DNA of 64,000 nucleotides. Source: the human T2T-CHM13v2.0 reference genome, Homo sapiens. The number at the start of each line of letters is the position of its first letter. Position 1 is the first letter of the stretch. Shown one piece after another: positions 51,456-64,000 of this stretch. Below the pieces are notes generated by a model. That model ran no database searches and was not told the DNA's origin. It saw only the letters and a list, made by a program, of their open reading frames with translations. The stretch lies in assembly GCF_009914755.1 (NCBI RefSeq), contig NC_060931.1. One strand, given 5' to 3'. The position numbers and the translations under genes are program-made.

Positions 51456-51684
51456 AAAATACACCTTTGAAAAGGGAGGCCAAGGAGCCACCTCCTTAGG
51501 AGAGTCATTCCAATCTTTTAGGAAATTTGCTCATCTTCCCTAGCAACTAGAGAAATGGTAGATTATTCAAATCTATAGGTAATCTACAAATATTAAAACA
51601 TAATATTATAGAATTTATACTGACAAAAAGAGGACTGATCTCAGGGAACTTAAGCTTTACCTGCAGTGTTTTTATTTTTCAGAA

Positions 51685-51800
51685 CAGCAACAGGCAAACT
51701 TTTTCTATGTCAAGCCAGATAGTAAACATTTTAGGCTTTATATGTCACAAGAATTTGTTGCAACTAAACTCTGCTGTTGTAGCTTGAAAGCAGCATAAAC
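51685..51800. mobile_element. MER58-like DNA transposon fragment
   Basis: ggcaaactttttct...ccagatagtaaacattttaggcttt. Confidence 0.65.
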
Positions 51801-52199
51801 ATGTAGTTACTATAATGAATTGCAATTTTTGTTTTTTTATGTTAGAGTATCATCCCATTATTTTCTACCCATGAATCATATGTGAGAGAAAGAATAAGTA
51901 TGCATGAATATAAATATGTAAAATCAATGTGGCCTTGAAAATTGAAGTACAGACAAAAGCAATCTGATGGATTTGGGCCTAAGTAAAGTACAGACCAATC
52001 AATGAAGGGGAGTCTCAGCCTGGAAGTTAAGAGATTGGGCGCTGGTTCTACCAACAAACTTAAATTTGAGGCTGCTCAGTGTCTTCCTGAGTAAACTTAA
52101 AGCATTCTGATTCTACTTTATTTCTCCTGCCACCTGTAAGAGTTGTGCTACCTTATCTCTGGTGGTTAAGTACTGCTAACAACCCTCTGCGTTTTTAGG

Positions 52200-54050
52200 A
52201 TACCATCATCCCCACTATTTCAATGGCAGCATCTCTCACTATCATCCCAAGCCTCCAGAGAACAGCCACCACAATTTTTTCATGGAGGCTGGAACTCCTC
52301 TTACTAATATATTTTTTAATGACTTAGTGAAGGGAGTAATTGCTAAGAACTCTGCAGTAGTATAGTGGAGGAGATAGGGTAGTGCAAGATTCCATATGAT
52401 TAAGCTACACCAATATTCCTACCTCTTTAAACCCTTGAATTCCTTCCTCAATATTATGCTCAGAAGCTTTACCATCTCAACCTCATTGAATGTAGACCAT
52501 CACTAAGTCCAGATTTTAGTCAACAAAGAAAACTGTTATAGCTACTTGCAGCTACTCAAGCTGATACATTAAATCCAGACTCCTTATGAATTCATATCAA
52601 TACATTTAGGCTAATACAATATTATATTCTAACTACCTTCATCTAACAACCAGAAAATCCATTCACACATAAATTCCACAGGTTTCTGCCAACATATATA
52701 TTAGCAAAATCTTGCAGTTATTTTGTGTATACATTATGCCCTCCTACGTCATACCTGGTATTTAATCTGACTCAGGTTATGGAACTGCAGGCCACAGGAG
52801 ATGGTGCTGATGGATCTTCACAAGACTAGATATTCCATTGTAAAGCAACTGCCTCATGCAAGTTTATTACAAGATCTTCAAATAAGGGAAGGCCAGTCTT
52901 CACAAATACAATAGGAGGAACTGATTCTGCTGCAAGGGAGGTTCAGAAAAATTCAGGGGTTCAAGACTCTCAGCTCTGAGCCCACTTGATACCCCATTCC
53001 AAGTCTCACTCCTTCCCAATCAATGTCCTAACTTTCAAGTAACAGATTGACAAATCTGTAAGTTTAACTTGTAATTCTGCAACCTACACGATTAAGTTCT
53101 GGACTGACCTGCAAAGTCATCTCAGTGGCTACAAAAAGTAAAAGGTTCTTGTATGGCTGCTATAGAAACACTCTGGTTTTCCTACAATGTCTTTAGTTGA
53201 GAGTTTAAAGACCTGAACTTGTCACCTTTTCTCTGTAAGCTCTCCAGTGCAGTTAAAATTGGTTACCCTAACCTCTAGTTTTTGTGGTTTTCATTACTAC
53301 CAAAAAGATATGTATGGCTATGCCACTTTATCTCCAAGGAATTTGCTTCAGTAAACACTTCATCACAATCAGCCACAAGAGATCATTTAATTAATTATGA
53401 TATCAATATATGTCATGGATTATTAATAACTCATTTTTATTAGCAAAGGGTTGAGCAGTACATTTAAGGCTAAGAACATAACTGAACCAATTCTAGAATT
53501 CTATCTTTGAAAATTTGCTTTCTGGGACCACTCCTATTACTATGCATTAGAACCTGTTAAGAAAACAAGCACTATAGTATTTCAACAGAGAGGATTAAAT
53601 ACAAGGAACTGGTTATACAGGTATTGGTGACCTGAAAGAGCAAAATAGAAACAGGGATGTAACCCAGAGATAAGTACAGCTAACATCACTTTCGCCAGGA
53701 GAAAAGAAGAGTTTAGATTATCAGAACCTAGAAGCTCTAAAAAGGTGGGATCTGGCTACTCCAAGTACTCCTGAGGAGACAAATGAGGCTAATTATGCAA
53801 GTACCAAAAGCAACAGGAGCCTGAAACAAAATGCTGTTGCTAGGATCTCACTGATAAGAATAACAAGCAAACAGGATGAAAATCCCTTCTCTCCTCTGCC
53901 TAACTTCCAATCTAGCTGTAGGGCTAGCTACTGGCTGAACCTAGCAGAAAAAGAATGCTAGGAAATGTAGTTTGTGGAGTCCCAACTACATCATTACACT
54001 GCAGAGTAGAGATGATTTGGAGTGAAATGCCAATAGCTAAGTAACAGGTG
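52200..54050 (-). mobile_element. ERVL gag-like internal remnant plus adjacent LTR
   Basis: Minus strand gaaagttaggacattgattgggaagg and ttgaacccctgaatttttctgaacctccc are typical of ERVL/MaLR internal sequence; LTR-like from ~53550. Confidence 0.55.
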
Positions 54051-54579
54051 CACTGCCAAAAGATGTTTCTCCTTTTATTCATTGGCCAGAAGTAAGTCAC
54101 TTGGCCACATCCTACCTGCTAAGAAAGATGAAGAACATTATCTAAAATCTGGGCATCTTGTGTCCTTCTACAAAGAATGGGGAAGTAAATGTTGGGGACA
54201 ACTTGCTGTTTCTGTCACGAAAGAAAACCCATGTCTGGCAGGCAGGTTCTGTTCCTGATTATATCCGACAGAAGAACTAGGTTACTAGAAATTGTTAAAA
54301 TCATTCACTTTCTTACTTAAATATAAGTTATTATTTCTACCCATTGTGACTCTGATTTTTTTAAGGTAGGCCTCTAGTTATTCCATCCCAGGCCCTATAG
54401 CAAAGACTTGAATCATTGCCTGGTAAACAACAGTGCCTAGATTTTATGTATAAATCAAATGTTAGGTCATACCCAAATGGTTAGACTCAGATATGAGGCT
54501 GAGATAAAACTTTATCACACAAGAAAAACACTTGTATTATTTCTATGTAAAACATTCCCACTAAATTGACAATATAAAC

Positions 54580-55100
54580 TGGAACTCTTAGATACGGAGG
54601 CTAGAAGTGTAAAATAGTACCATCATTGAAGGAAACCAGGAGTCTGTTACAAAGTTAAACATACGCCTATGCTGTGACACAGCAATTTCTCTCCTAGGTA
54701 ATTACCCAAATGAAATGAAAGCATATATCTACAAAGAGACTGTTACAAGAATGTACAGGGACACTGTATTCATAATGCCCAATACCTTAAAACAAACCAA
54801 ATGTTCATCAAGAGTAGAATGAATAAACATATTACTACTCAGCAAAAAAAAATGTATGCACCTGGTGTGTGCTACATTATTTAACATTATATTGACCAAC
54901 AACAACAAAACACACATAAAAGAGTGCATATGGTGTGATTCCATTCAAGGACAAGAAATGATGATAGAAATCAAAATCATAGTTTCTTTGGGGTGTGGGC
55001 TTGGAGATTTATCAAACATTTAACAGACTTATTGAATTGTATACTTAAGATCTGTGTTTTTCACAAAATGTAAATTTAAATTCTCCTTCAATTAAAAAAA
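54580..55100 (+). mobile_element. L1ME-type 3' fragment
   Basis: cagcaatttctctcctaggtaattacccaaatgaaatgaaagcatat. Confidence 0.7.
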
Positions 55101-55948
55101 ATGGCATCTTAAACATCAGAAAATTAACAAACATCTTTAAGAGATTAAAAATATGATGTACTTTTTTTGCTGCATTATATGGTTCTATATACTTCCTTTT
55201 TTACATAGTAAATGTTTTACTCTTATAATTAAAAATATATAATAAAGTTTTCTAGAGGGAAAAACATGATTTACAACTTTTCTCCTGCAATAATATCTTA
55301 ATGGCAATAATTCTTACTTATAAATGATCTAAAAGATCATTTTTATTTATAAATTATCTGAACAAGATCTGGGAAAAAATACAGGTTCATAAGCATATTC
55401 TTAAAAATCTACTTTCTTAGGCATATAGCAATGTTTTTATGTCTCCACCAGGTAGTAAAGCCAGCAGACCAACCCCCACTTACCTGATGGATTTGTCACA
55501 ACTGTAAGTCTGGTCCTGTGCCTTGTACTCAGGGACCTGACAAGCCATCATGCTGAGAGCACAGCCATCTCCCATATAGACTTACATTAACCAACTCAAA
55601 AGACGGATGCATGAAAACCCTAATGCCAACTTAGTATTATAGAATTTTTTTTAATTGCATTTTCTCCACCTAGGTTCTGTTGGCTCTGTTAGAGAAGGGG
55701 AGAGCATAGGTTGCAGGGTCTGTTGGCTTTATTGGGGTTGGGAGTAGAAACACATGAGAACTCTAGCTCTGTGGGTAAAAGAAAAAAATTTGGAAGAGGA
55801 TCTTCTAAAATCTAAAATCAAGGAATCATAATAATAACTGCTAACACATATAGTATTTACTATGTGTCAGCCACTGTTCTAAGTATGTTATAAATATCAA
55901 TTCACTTAATCCACACAAAAAGTTTATCAGAAATCCTGGGTCCCTCAC

Positions 55949-56353
55949 TGTTATGATTTGAATGTGGTTTGTCCCCTCCAAAACTCATCTGGAAATGTGG
56001 TCACTAAGTAACAGAATTAAGAGGTGGTAGAGCCTTTAAGAGGTTTTGGGGTTATGGGGGCTCCACCCTCATTAATGTCATTCTAGTGAGAGTAAGTTAG
56101 TTCTAGGGGTAGGGAGATTGTAATTACGAGAGTGGGTTGTCATAAAAGTGAGTTTGCCTCCCTCAGTCTTCTCTTGCTTCCTCTCTTGACACAGGATACC
56201 TTTCTCCATGTACTGAAGCAGCTCAAAGCCCTCGCCAGATCTCAGCACCATGCTCTTGGACTTACCAGCCTCCAGAACTGTGAGCCAAATAAACTTATTT
56301 TCTTTATAAATTACCCATCCTCAGTAATTCTGTTACAGAAACTAAAAATAACA
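55949..56353 (+). mobile_element. MST (C/D-like) LTR
   Basis: tgttatgatttgaatgtggtttgtcccc...ccagaactgtgagccaaataaac. Confidence 0.8.
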
Positions 56354-57206
56354 GAGGGACATACTTATTAATACTAACTGTAGGACAAGGTAAGTCCCCA
56401 CATATCACTGAACATCAGCTATAAAATGACAATAATAAAGTTATGGACCCTATGACTCATGGAGTTATTATGAGGATGAAATATGAAAATAAATAAAACA
56501 TTTGGACCTGCGTGACACACAGTCAGCACAAAAAAATTATCATTCTAAAAATAAGTCATCCAAATATATTTTATACTGGCCAGATTAATTTTTTCTGTAA
56601 ATCCCCACCTCTTTCTCGTATGATTTGTACACCCTCCCACTCCCCACAGCTTCCCCACATTTCTCTTGGGGTCTTGCCCCCTGATAAAGGGATGGCAAGG
56701 GGCAGGGGTCCTTTTGGGGCCACAGTAGCATTGAAGCTACAGTGGAAATTATGACAGGAAATCATGTTATCAGGAAACAACTCCAGTAATTGAAAATATT
56801 TTACAAAGAAAAGACTTAAGTGTGTATAATATTAACCTATAAGATTTGATTTTGTCTGTGTGGCTACAGAAGATAAGTTAAATTCTAATTCAACAGATAT
56901 TAATTGAATATTTCCTTAGTGCTAAGATCTATGCCAGGGACTTTTATATATGTCTTCATTTGATTAATTTAATTCTCATTTAATGTTATTCTTACTACAA
57001 TATTATGAAGTAGGTGTTATTGTCCCTATTTTACAAATGAGGAAAGTGATGTTCAATGGAAGTGGAGTATTTTGCCCAAGATTAAGTAACTATTTGTTAG
57101 GGAAATCAAGATTCAAAACAAGTTATTCCAGGCCCCACATTAAGTGTTCTTTCAGTAACTCCCTCCATGAGTGAAAGACATAAAAAGGCATATTTGAAAG
57201 CTTATA

Positions 57207-57208
<2 letters not shown>

Positions 57209-57241
<33 letters not shown>
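57209..57241. repeat. (AC)16 microsatellite
   Basis: Seen directly. Confidence 0.95.
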
Positions 57242-57245
<4 letters not shown>

Positions 57246-57907
57246 ATCATTAGAACTTGACTGAAAATGGCATGAGCAGTCATGGGATGTAGTTAGTTCT
57301 CCGTTATTGGAGGTAATCAAGTAAAAGCTAAATGACTACTTAACAAGAATATTATAGACAGGTTTCAATGTCAGACAACACAATAAATGGCAGATATCTT
57401 GAGTTTCTTCCAACTCTGAAACCCTTAAGTCTATAACTTTAAGTACACAAGTAGATTCTGTAGATTCCACTCAATTTAAAAATAAATAAATACACAAGTA
57501 GAAAGTTAAATAACACAACTAGTCAGCATACAGTTAAGAACCAAATATGCCAGTGACATAGGAATTTTTAAAAGGAGAGAGCTCCATGGACAGTGTGCTC
57601 CAGAAATGACTCCCTGGAGGTACCTCAAGGAATGCAAAGAATGACTTGGATTTGGACAGAGCATTTCAGGGGAGAACAGCATGCTCAGAGGCACAGGGGC
57701 AAGAAGGCATGTTTGGGAGACAGTGATGATATCAGCCCATCTTGAGTAGAAAGCTTTCTACACCAATAAGACTGAGTAGAAAAATAGAAATAGCTAGAGG
57801 GTTCTGGGAGTTTTGTTGTTGTTTTGTTTTTGTTTTTGTTTTTAACAATGGAGAGTGTTTGGAATACTTTTTTCAAGGGACCACATGAATAATATTTTAA
57901 AATTTTA

Positions 57908-59932
<2,025 letters not shown>

Positions 59933-60029
59933 AAAACAGGACAGGAAGACTGTCCTGTTAGTAGCGAAACAGAGGATTAGAAAGAAAGATACAGGAAGAA
60001 TTCACCACAACCCTTACACCAACAGTAAT

Positions 60030-60990
60030 TTTTAATACATAAATAGCAAAAACTGTTCATACCAAAAGAAAATCCAGGTAAATTATTTTATCATCTTGAG
60101 GTAAAGGATTTTCTAAGCATAATTAATTCCAAAATGAGAAATAAAGAAAAATACAGACAGATTTGACTACATAAAACCTAAAATTTCTGGTTTGGTAAGT
60201 ACAACCTGAATAAAGTTAAAAGACAACTAAAAAACTGGAGAAAATATTAGCTATATATATAATTAACTGAGAGTTAATATCCAGATAATAATCTTAATAA
60301 AACGCCTCTTAAAAAAAAAAAAAAAAAACACTGAAAGAGCTGAACAATCCCCAAAAGAGAACCTACAAAATGGACACGATAGTTAATTCAAAAAATAAGT
60401 GAAATATTCAAAAGATTAAATGATACTCAGGAGGAAGAGACACTTCTGTAACCCAATGGTGAATGTAAAATTTTGTTAATTGAGCAGTAAGTATCAAATG
60501 AAATGTGTTCATTTTTGGCCCAACAATTCCACTTCTAATAATTTAGCCTGAGGAAATTATCAGGCAAGTGTATATTTACAAAATGTTCATTGTGGTATTG
60601 TGCATAGTAGTAAAAAATAGATATGGGCTTAACATTCTATTATATGAAAAGACATTGCTTAAATGCACTGTAGCACGTTCATTTATTTGGATTCTATGAA
60701 ACCATTAAAAATCTTTTGTAGATCTAGATGTAGTAACATGAAAAGATGTCCATAATTAACAAGATAACTAACAACATGTTAACAAGGTAAGATTACCAAA
60801 TAGCACATATAACATAATGCCATTTTTTGAAAATATATTTTCAAGAACAGATATAAAGTATCTGGAAGACTATACACTGAAATATCAAAGAAGGTATCTC
60901 TGAGATTACTGATAATTTTTTATTCCCTTCTTTAGACTTTCTAAATATATGAAATTTTATATATCAATGTATTCTTGAATATTTATTTTA
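60030..60990 (+). mobile_element. L1ME-type remnant
   Basis: gacagatttgactacataaaa..., caacaattccacttcta. Confidence 0.6.
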
Positions 60991-61344
60991 CAGAAGGACA
61001 ATAAAGCTGTTTTATTTCAGAGCTAGAGAAAGAACTAGGCTGATTAACAACTGGGTATGAGTGACAAGAAAGACAGCAGAGTTAAGAATGATACTGAAGT
61101 TTGACCCATAATTAATTGGAGAATAACTGAAGAAAGAAGGACAGCAAAGGAATCATTTTAGAATTGAGAGCTGAGTTTTATATTAATCCTTGTGTCTGAG
61201 ATGACATGAAAGTCCAGAAGAAATATCTGGCAAGCACTCTGTCTTCACTTTGTGGCCAACAAAGTAATAAGTGTTGGAATCACACAGGTTTCAGCCTCCT
61301 GTGTTTTGGGTCCTAGCCTCAGCTGGTTTTGAAGCAGAATAGGG

Positions 61345-61630
61345 ACTAGGGTGAGGCAAGTTAGGTGTTCACCTCAGGTGTAAAATTTAAGGAGACCAAA
61401 AATCGCATTCATCAACATAAATGATAATTTTGTGCAATATTTTAGAAAATAAAAATTAAGACAAAAAATCCATGATAAAATATCAAAAGCTTAACTAAGG
61501 ACAGGATCTGTATTATTAATTTTTTATTACTTTTCACTCATCCTTTAATATGCTCAGCAAGAAGCCACTATTAATCCTGACTTTATTTCAAATTTTGATA
61601 TTTTGATATTTTGTTTGGCATGGATTTTTA
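61345..61630. mobile_element. MER96B-like hAT fragment
   Basis: gggactagggtgaggcaag...cctcaggtgtaaaatttaagg. Confidence 0.55.
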
Positions 61631-61694
61631 GCAAATGCCTCTAGAGCCAGAGCTGTTTAAGAGAAATGGAGATAACATCACCCAGGTAAGCTAG

Positions 61695-62169
61695 TTTACT
61701 AACTAACCCAGGGCTGCTGTAACAAAGTAACACAAACTGGATGACTTAAATAACTGAAATTCATTGTTTTATGGTCTGGTAGCTAGAAGTTTAAGATCCA
61801 AGTATGTGTCAGCTGGGTTGTTTCTTTGTGACAGCTGTGCTCAAAAATCTGCTTGATGCCTCTCTCCTAACTCTGGTGGTTTGCTAGAAATCTTTCGTAT
61901 TCTATGGCTTATAGATGCCCCCAATCTCTGCTTTCTTGTTCACATGACATTCTTCCTCTGTGTGTATCTGTCTCCAAATTTCCCCTTTCTATAAGGACAC
62001 AGGCCATACTGTATTAGGGGCCCACCCTACTCCAGTATGATCTCATCTTAGTTTAAATCATTACTTCTGCAATCACTCTATTTTCAAATCAAGTCACATT
62101 CGAGGGCACTGGGCACTGAGATTTCAGCATATGAATTTGGAGAGGGCAGACACAACTCGACCCATAACA
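61695..62169 (-). mobile_element. MLT1C-like LTR
   Basis: agggctgctgtaacaaag...gacacaactcgacccataaca. Confidence 0.8.
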
Positions 62170-63700
62170 TCATGTTTAGTAGAAGTTTGAACACAGTTAA
62201 TCCCAGAACCTCTATCCTGGACTCAGTGATGAGTGGGGTTGACCTATAGTCTCTGGCTTCCTTTTGACTTCATTTAATTCTATATCCAGAAATGAATATT
62301 TTATAGACTGGGATAGGTATTCACCTGAGTACAACCTACTCACCAGTCCATTATTTCTGACTCATAACTCAGGCTCTGGAAGCGAAGGAAGCAAAGAAGA
62401 GTCAAGGAGAAGCCAGGGATCAAAACATACCTTGGGAGTATGGGAAATCCTAGGCAGTGTCCCCAGGCTATCTCCTAGTTACACACTCATCTTCCACTCC
62501 CTATTACTCATATCCAGTCTTTAGGAAAGAATGGAAGCATCTATGACTTGGATTTTCACTTTCAACTTACATCACTGAAATAACAATGGCCAGCCTTAAT
62601 CTCACCTTTATAACATGATTTCATTTAATCTTCGCAACAACTCTACAAAGCAATATAGATATGGAATCCGAGGCTTAGAGTTCACACAGACAGTAAGTAG
62701 CAGACCCAGGACTTAAACTCCTATCTTGTCTGACTCATAACTTAGGCTCTGGAAGGGAAGAAAGCAAAGAAGAGATGCTTGAAGGTCCACACTGCATAAT
62801 GGATATAAATCTTAGGCCCATTTCTAGGGCTTTGTCACACCAGGGTAGGCTGATCACTACACAGAAGAGGACCCTCAAACAAACCTCATGTCCACCCTTT
62901 TCTGCCTCTTACAAAGATTGCCCACGTGCTAACCTCCCTTCCTTCTACAATTACCTAGAATATAAATTTGGAGCCCTTTGTAGAGCACTCCCGCAGAGTT
63001 CAGTGACTTTCTAAAAGAGATGCTATAACATAGATGCTCTTAATAGGAAACTGGTATGTGTCCCCTGGTCAGTGTGAACACAGTTTTCTTAAAGGTCAAA
63101 GCCAGAAAGCTCTGGCCATAATCTCACCCAAACTACATTTGAGCGCTAGAGGATTCACTGTGAGCCAACAATTACTGTGGAATTCATTGCTTATTATTTT
63201 TTCCAGAGACTATGGCTTTTCTTCTCTTATCAAGATTTTTGTGCAGATGATTGTTCCAAAAGAGTTTGCAAGGATAACATACAAATGTGCAAAAGTCACA
63301 AATTATTTTCATGCTGATATAATTTAATGTTTTAATGAAGCCACTAAACAATGTGCAACAGGTAGCAGGACTTGTATCTCTGTAACTCATGATAATTAAT
63401 TCAAGGGGTAAACAACTGGAGCATTGAATAATGTTGTCCTAAGGCTGAGCAAAAGGGAAAAAGAGGAATGAGAGAAAGAAATGTAAAGCCTGAGAGCTCT
63501 CAAACCATGTTATGGTGTCAGTCATATTTTGAGGGGACTTGCAGGAAGAAACAGCAACAAAATTTAGAAGAAATAAAAAATGAGTCCGTCTCCTTGTTAT
63601 TTATTTGTTGCTGTCTTTTCATGACCACATGAAATTAGACATAGCAGCCCTCAGAAAAACTTGGTCTATGTACTGAGGGAGTCCATGCTTACTCAATTAC

Positions 63701-63864
63701 CTGTACCACTCTGGATTGTGTTAGCTTTGTCGTCATTGAAGTCTCAATGTTGTCATCCTTCAAATCATTATTTCCCAATTTTCTAGAAAACATTTTCCTG
63801 GTATTTTCAGGAGAATGAATTGTCCTCACCCTAAAGTACTCTTCTTTCCAGTCACTGTCACCAC
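63701..63864 (-). pseudogene. Candidate exon (164 nt, phase 1 to 0)
   Basis: Acceptor cctctgtaag|, donor CAG|gtaatt. Open frame GDSDWKEEYFRVRTIHSPENTRKMFSRKLGNNDLKDDNIETSMTTKLTQSRVVQ. Confidence 0.5.
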
Positions 63865-64000
63865 CTTACAGAGGTTTACAATAGTTGCTTTCCCCTTCCC
63901 TTATGCTATCATCTCCCAATCTAATTTTGATCAAAGCTAGAGAATGCTACGTCATTTGGATCATTTTATCACTGTCTGCAGTGATTTTCCAGTTCCTGTC

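Noticed and set aside
52755-53128. Exon-like unit with a strong acceptor and CAG|GTATGA donor on the minus strand
   Set aside because: The sequence resembles ERVL/MaLR internal gag. It shows that splice-site pairs alone arise by chance, so it was left out of the relic gene.
63034-63327. Plus-strand 97-aa ORF
   Set aside because: No splice or promoter support; better explained as the antisense shadow of the minus-strand candidate exon 63266-63128.

Overview
Human genomic DNA: it carries a near-consensus AluYa5 and an exon I recognise as the start of ELAPOR2 (KIAA1324L). The only intact coding exon is ELAPOR2 exon 1 (minus strand, CDS 21437-21249, signal peptide) in a CpG island; positions 1-21248 are ELAPOR2 intron 1. 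Most of the rest is interspersed repeat: three young L1s, an older L1MA host with nested insertions, Alus, MaLR/ERVL LTRs, L2, MIR and L3. Main hunt results: (1) The non-repeat DNA upstream of ELAPOR2 (~23.8 kb to the window end) holds at least 15 minus-strand exon-like segments, several with compatible phases, stop-poor frames and recurring SEA-domain-like motifs. This looks like a decayed multi-exon gene (candidate unitary pseudogene) that the ORF track largely misses. (2) A full-length intronic L1PA2 has its antisense promoter, open ORF0 and splice donors pointing in the ELAPOR2-sense direction. (3) Two inverted L1s flanking the ELAPOR2 promoter share at least five non-consensus substitutions despite different subfamily diagnostics, suggesting gene conversion. 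Smaller events include a MIR-mediated 225-bp tandem duplication, templated insertions, and a twin-primed L1 with possible 3' transductions. Repeat subfamily calls are from remembered consensus sequences; no searches were run.
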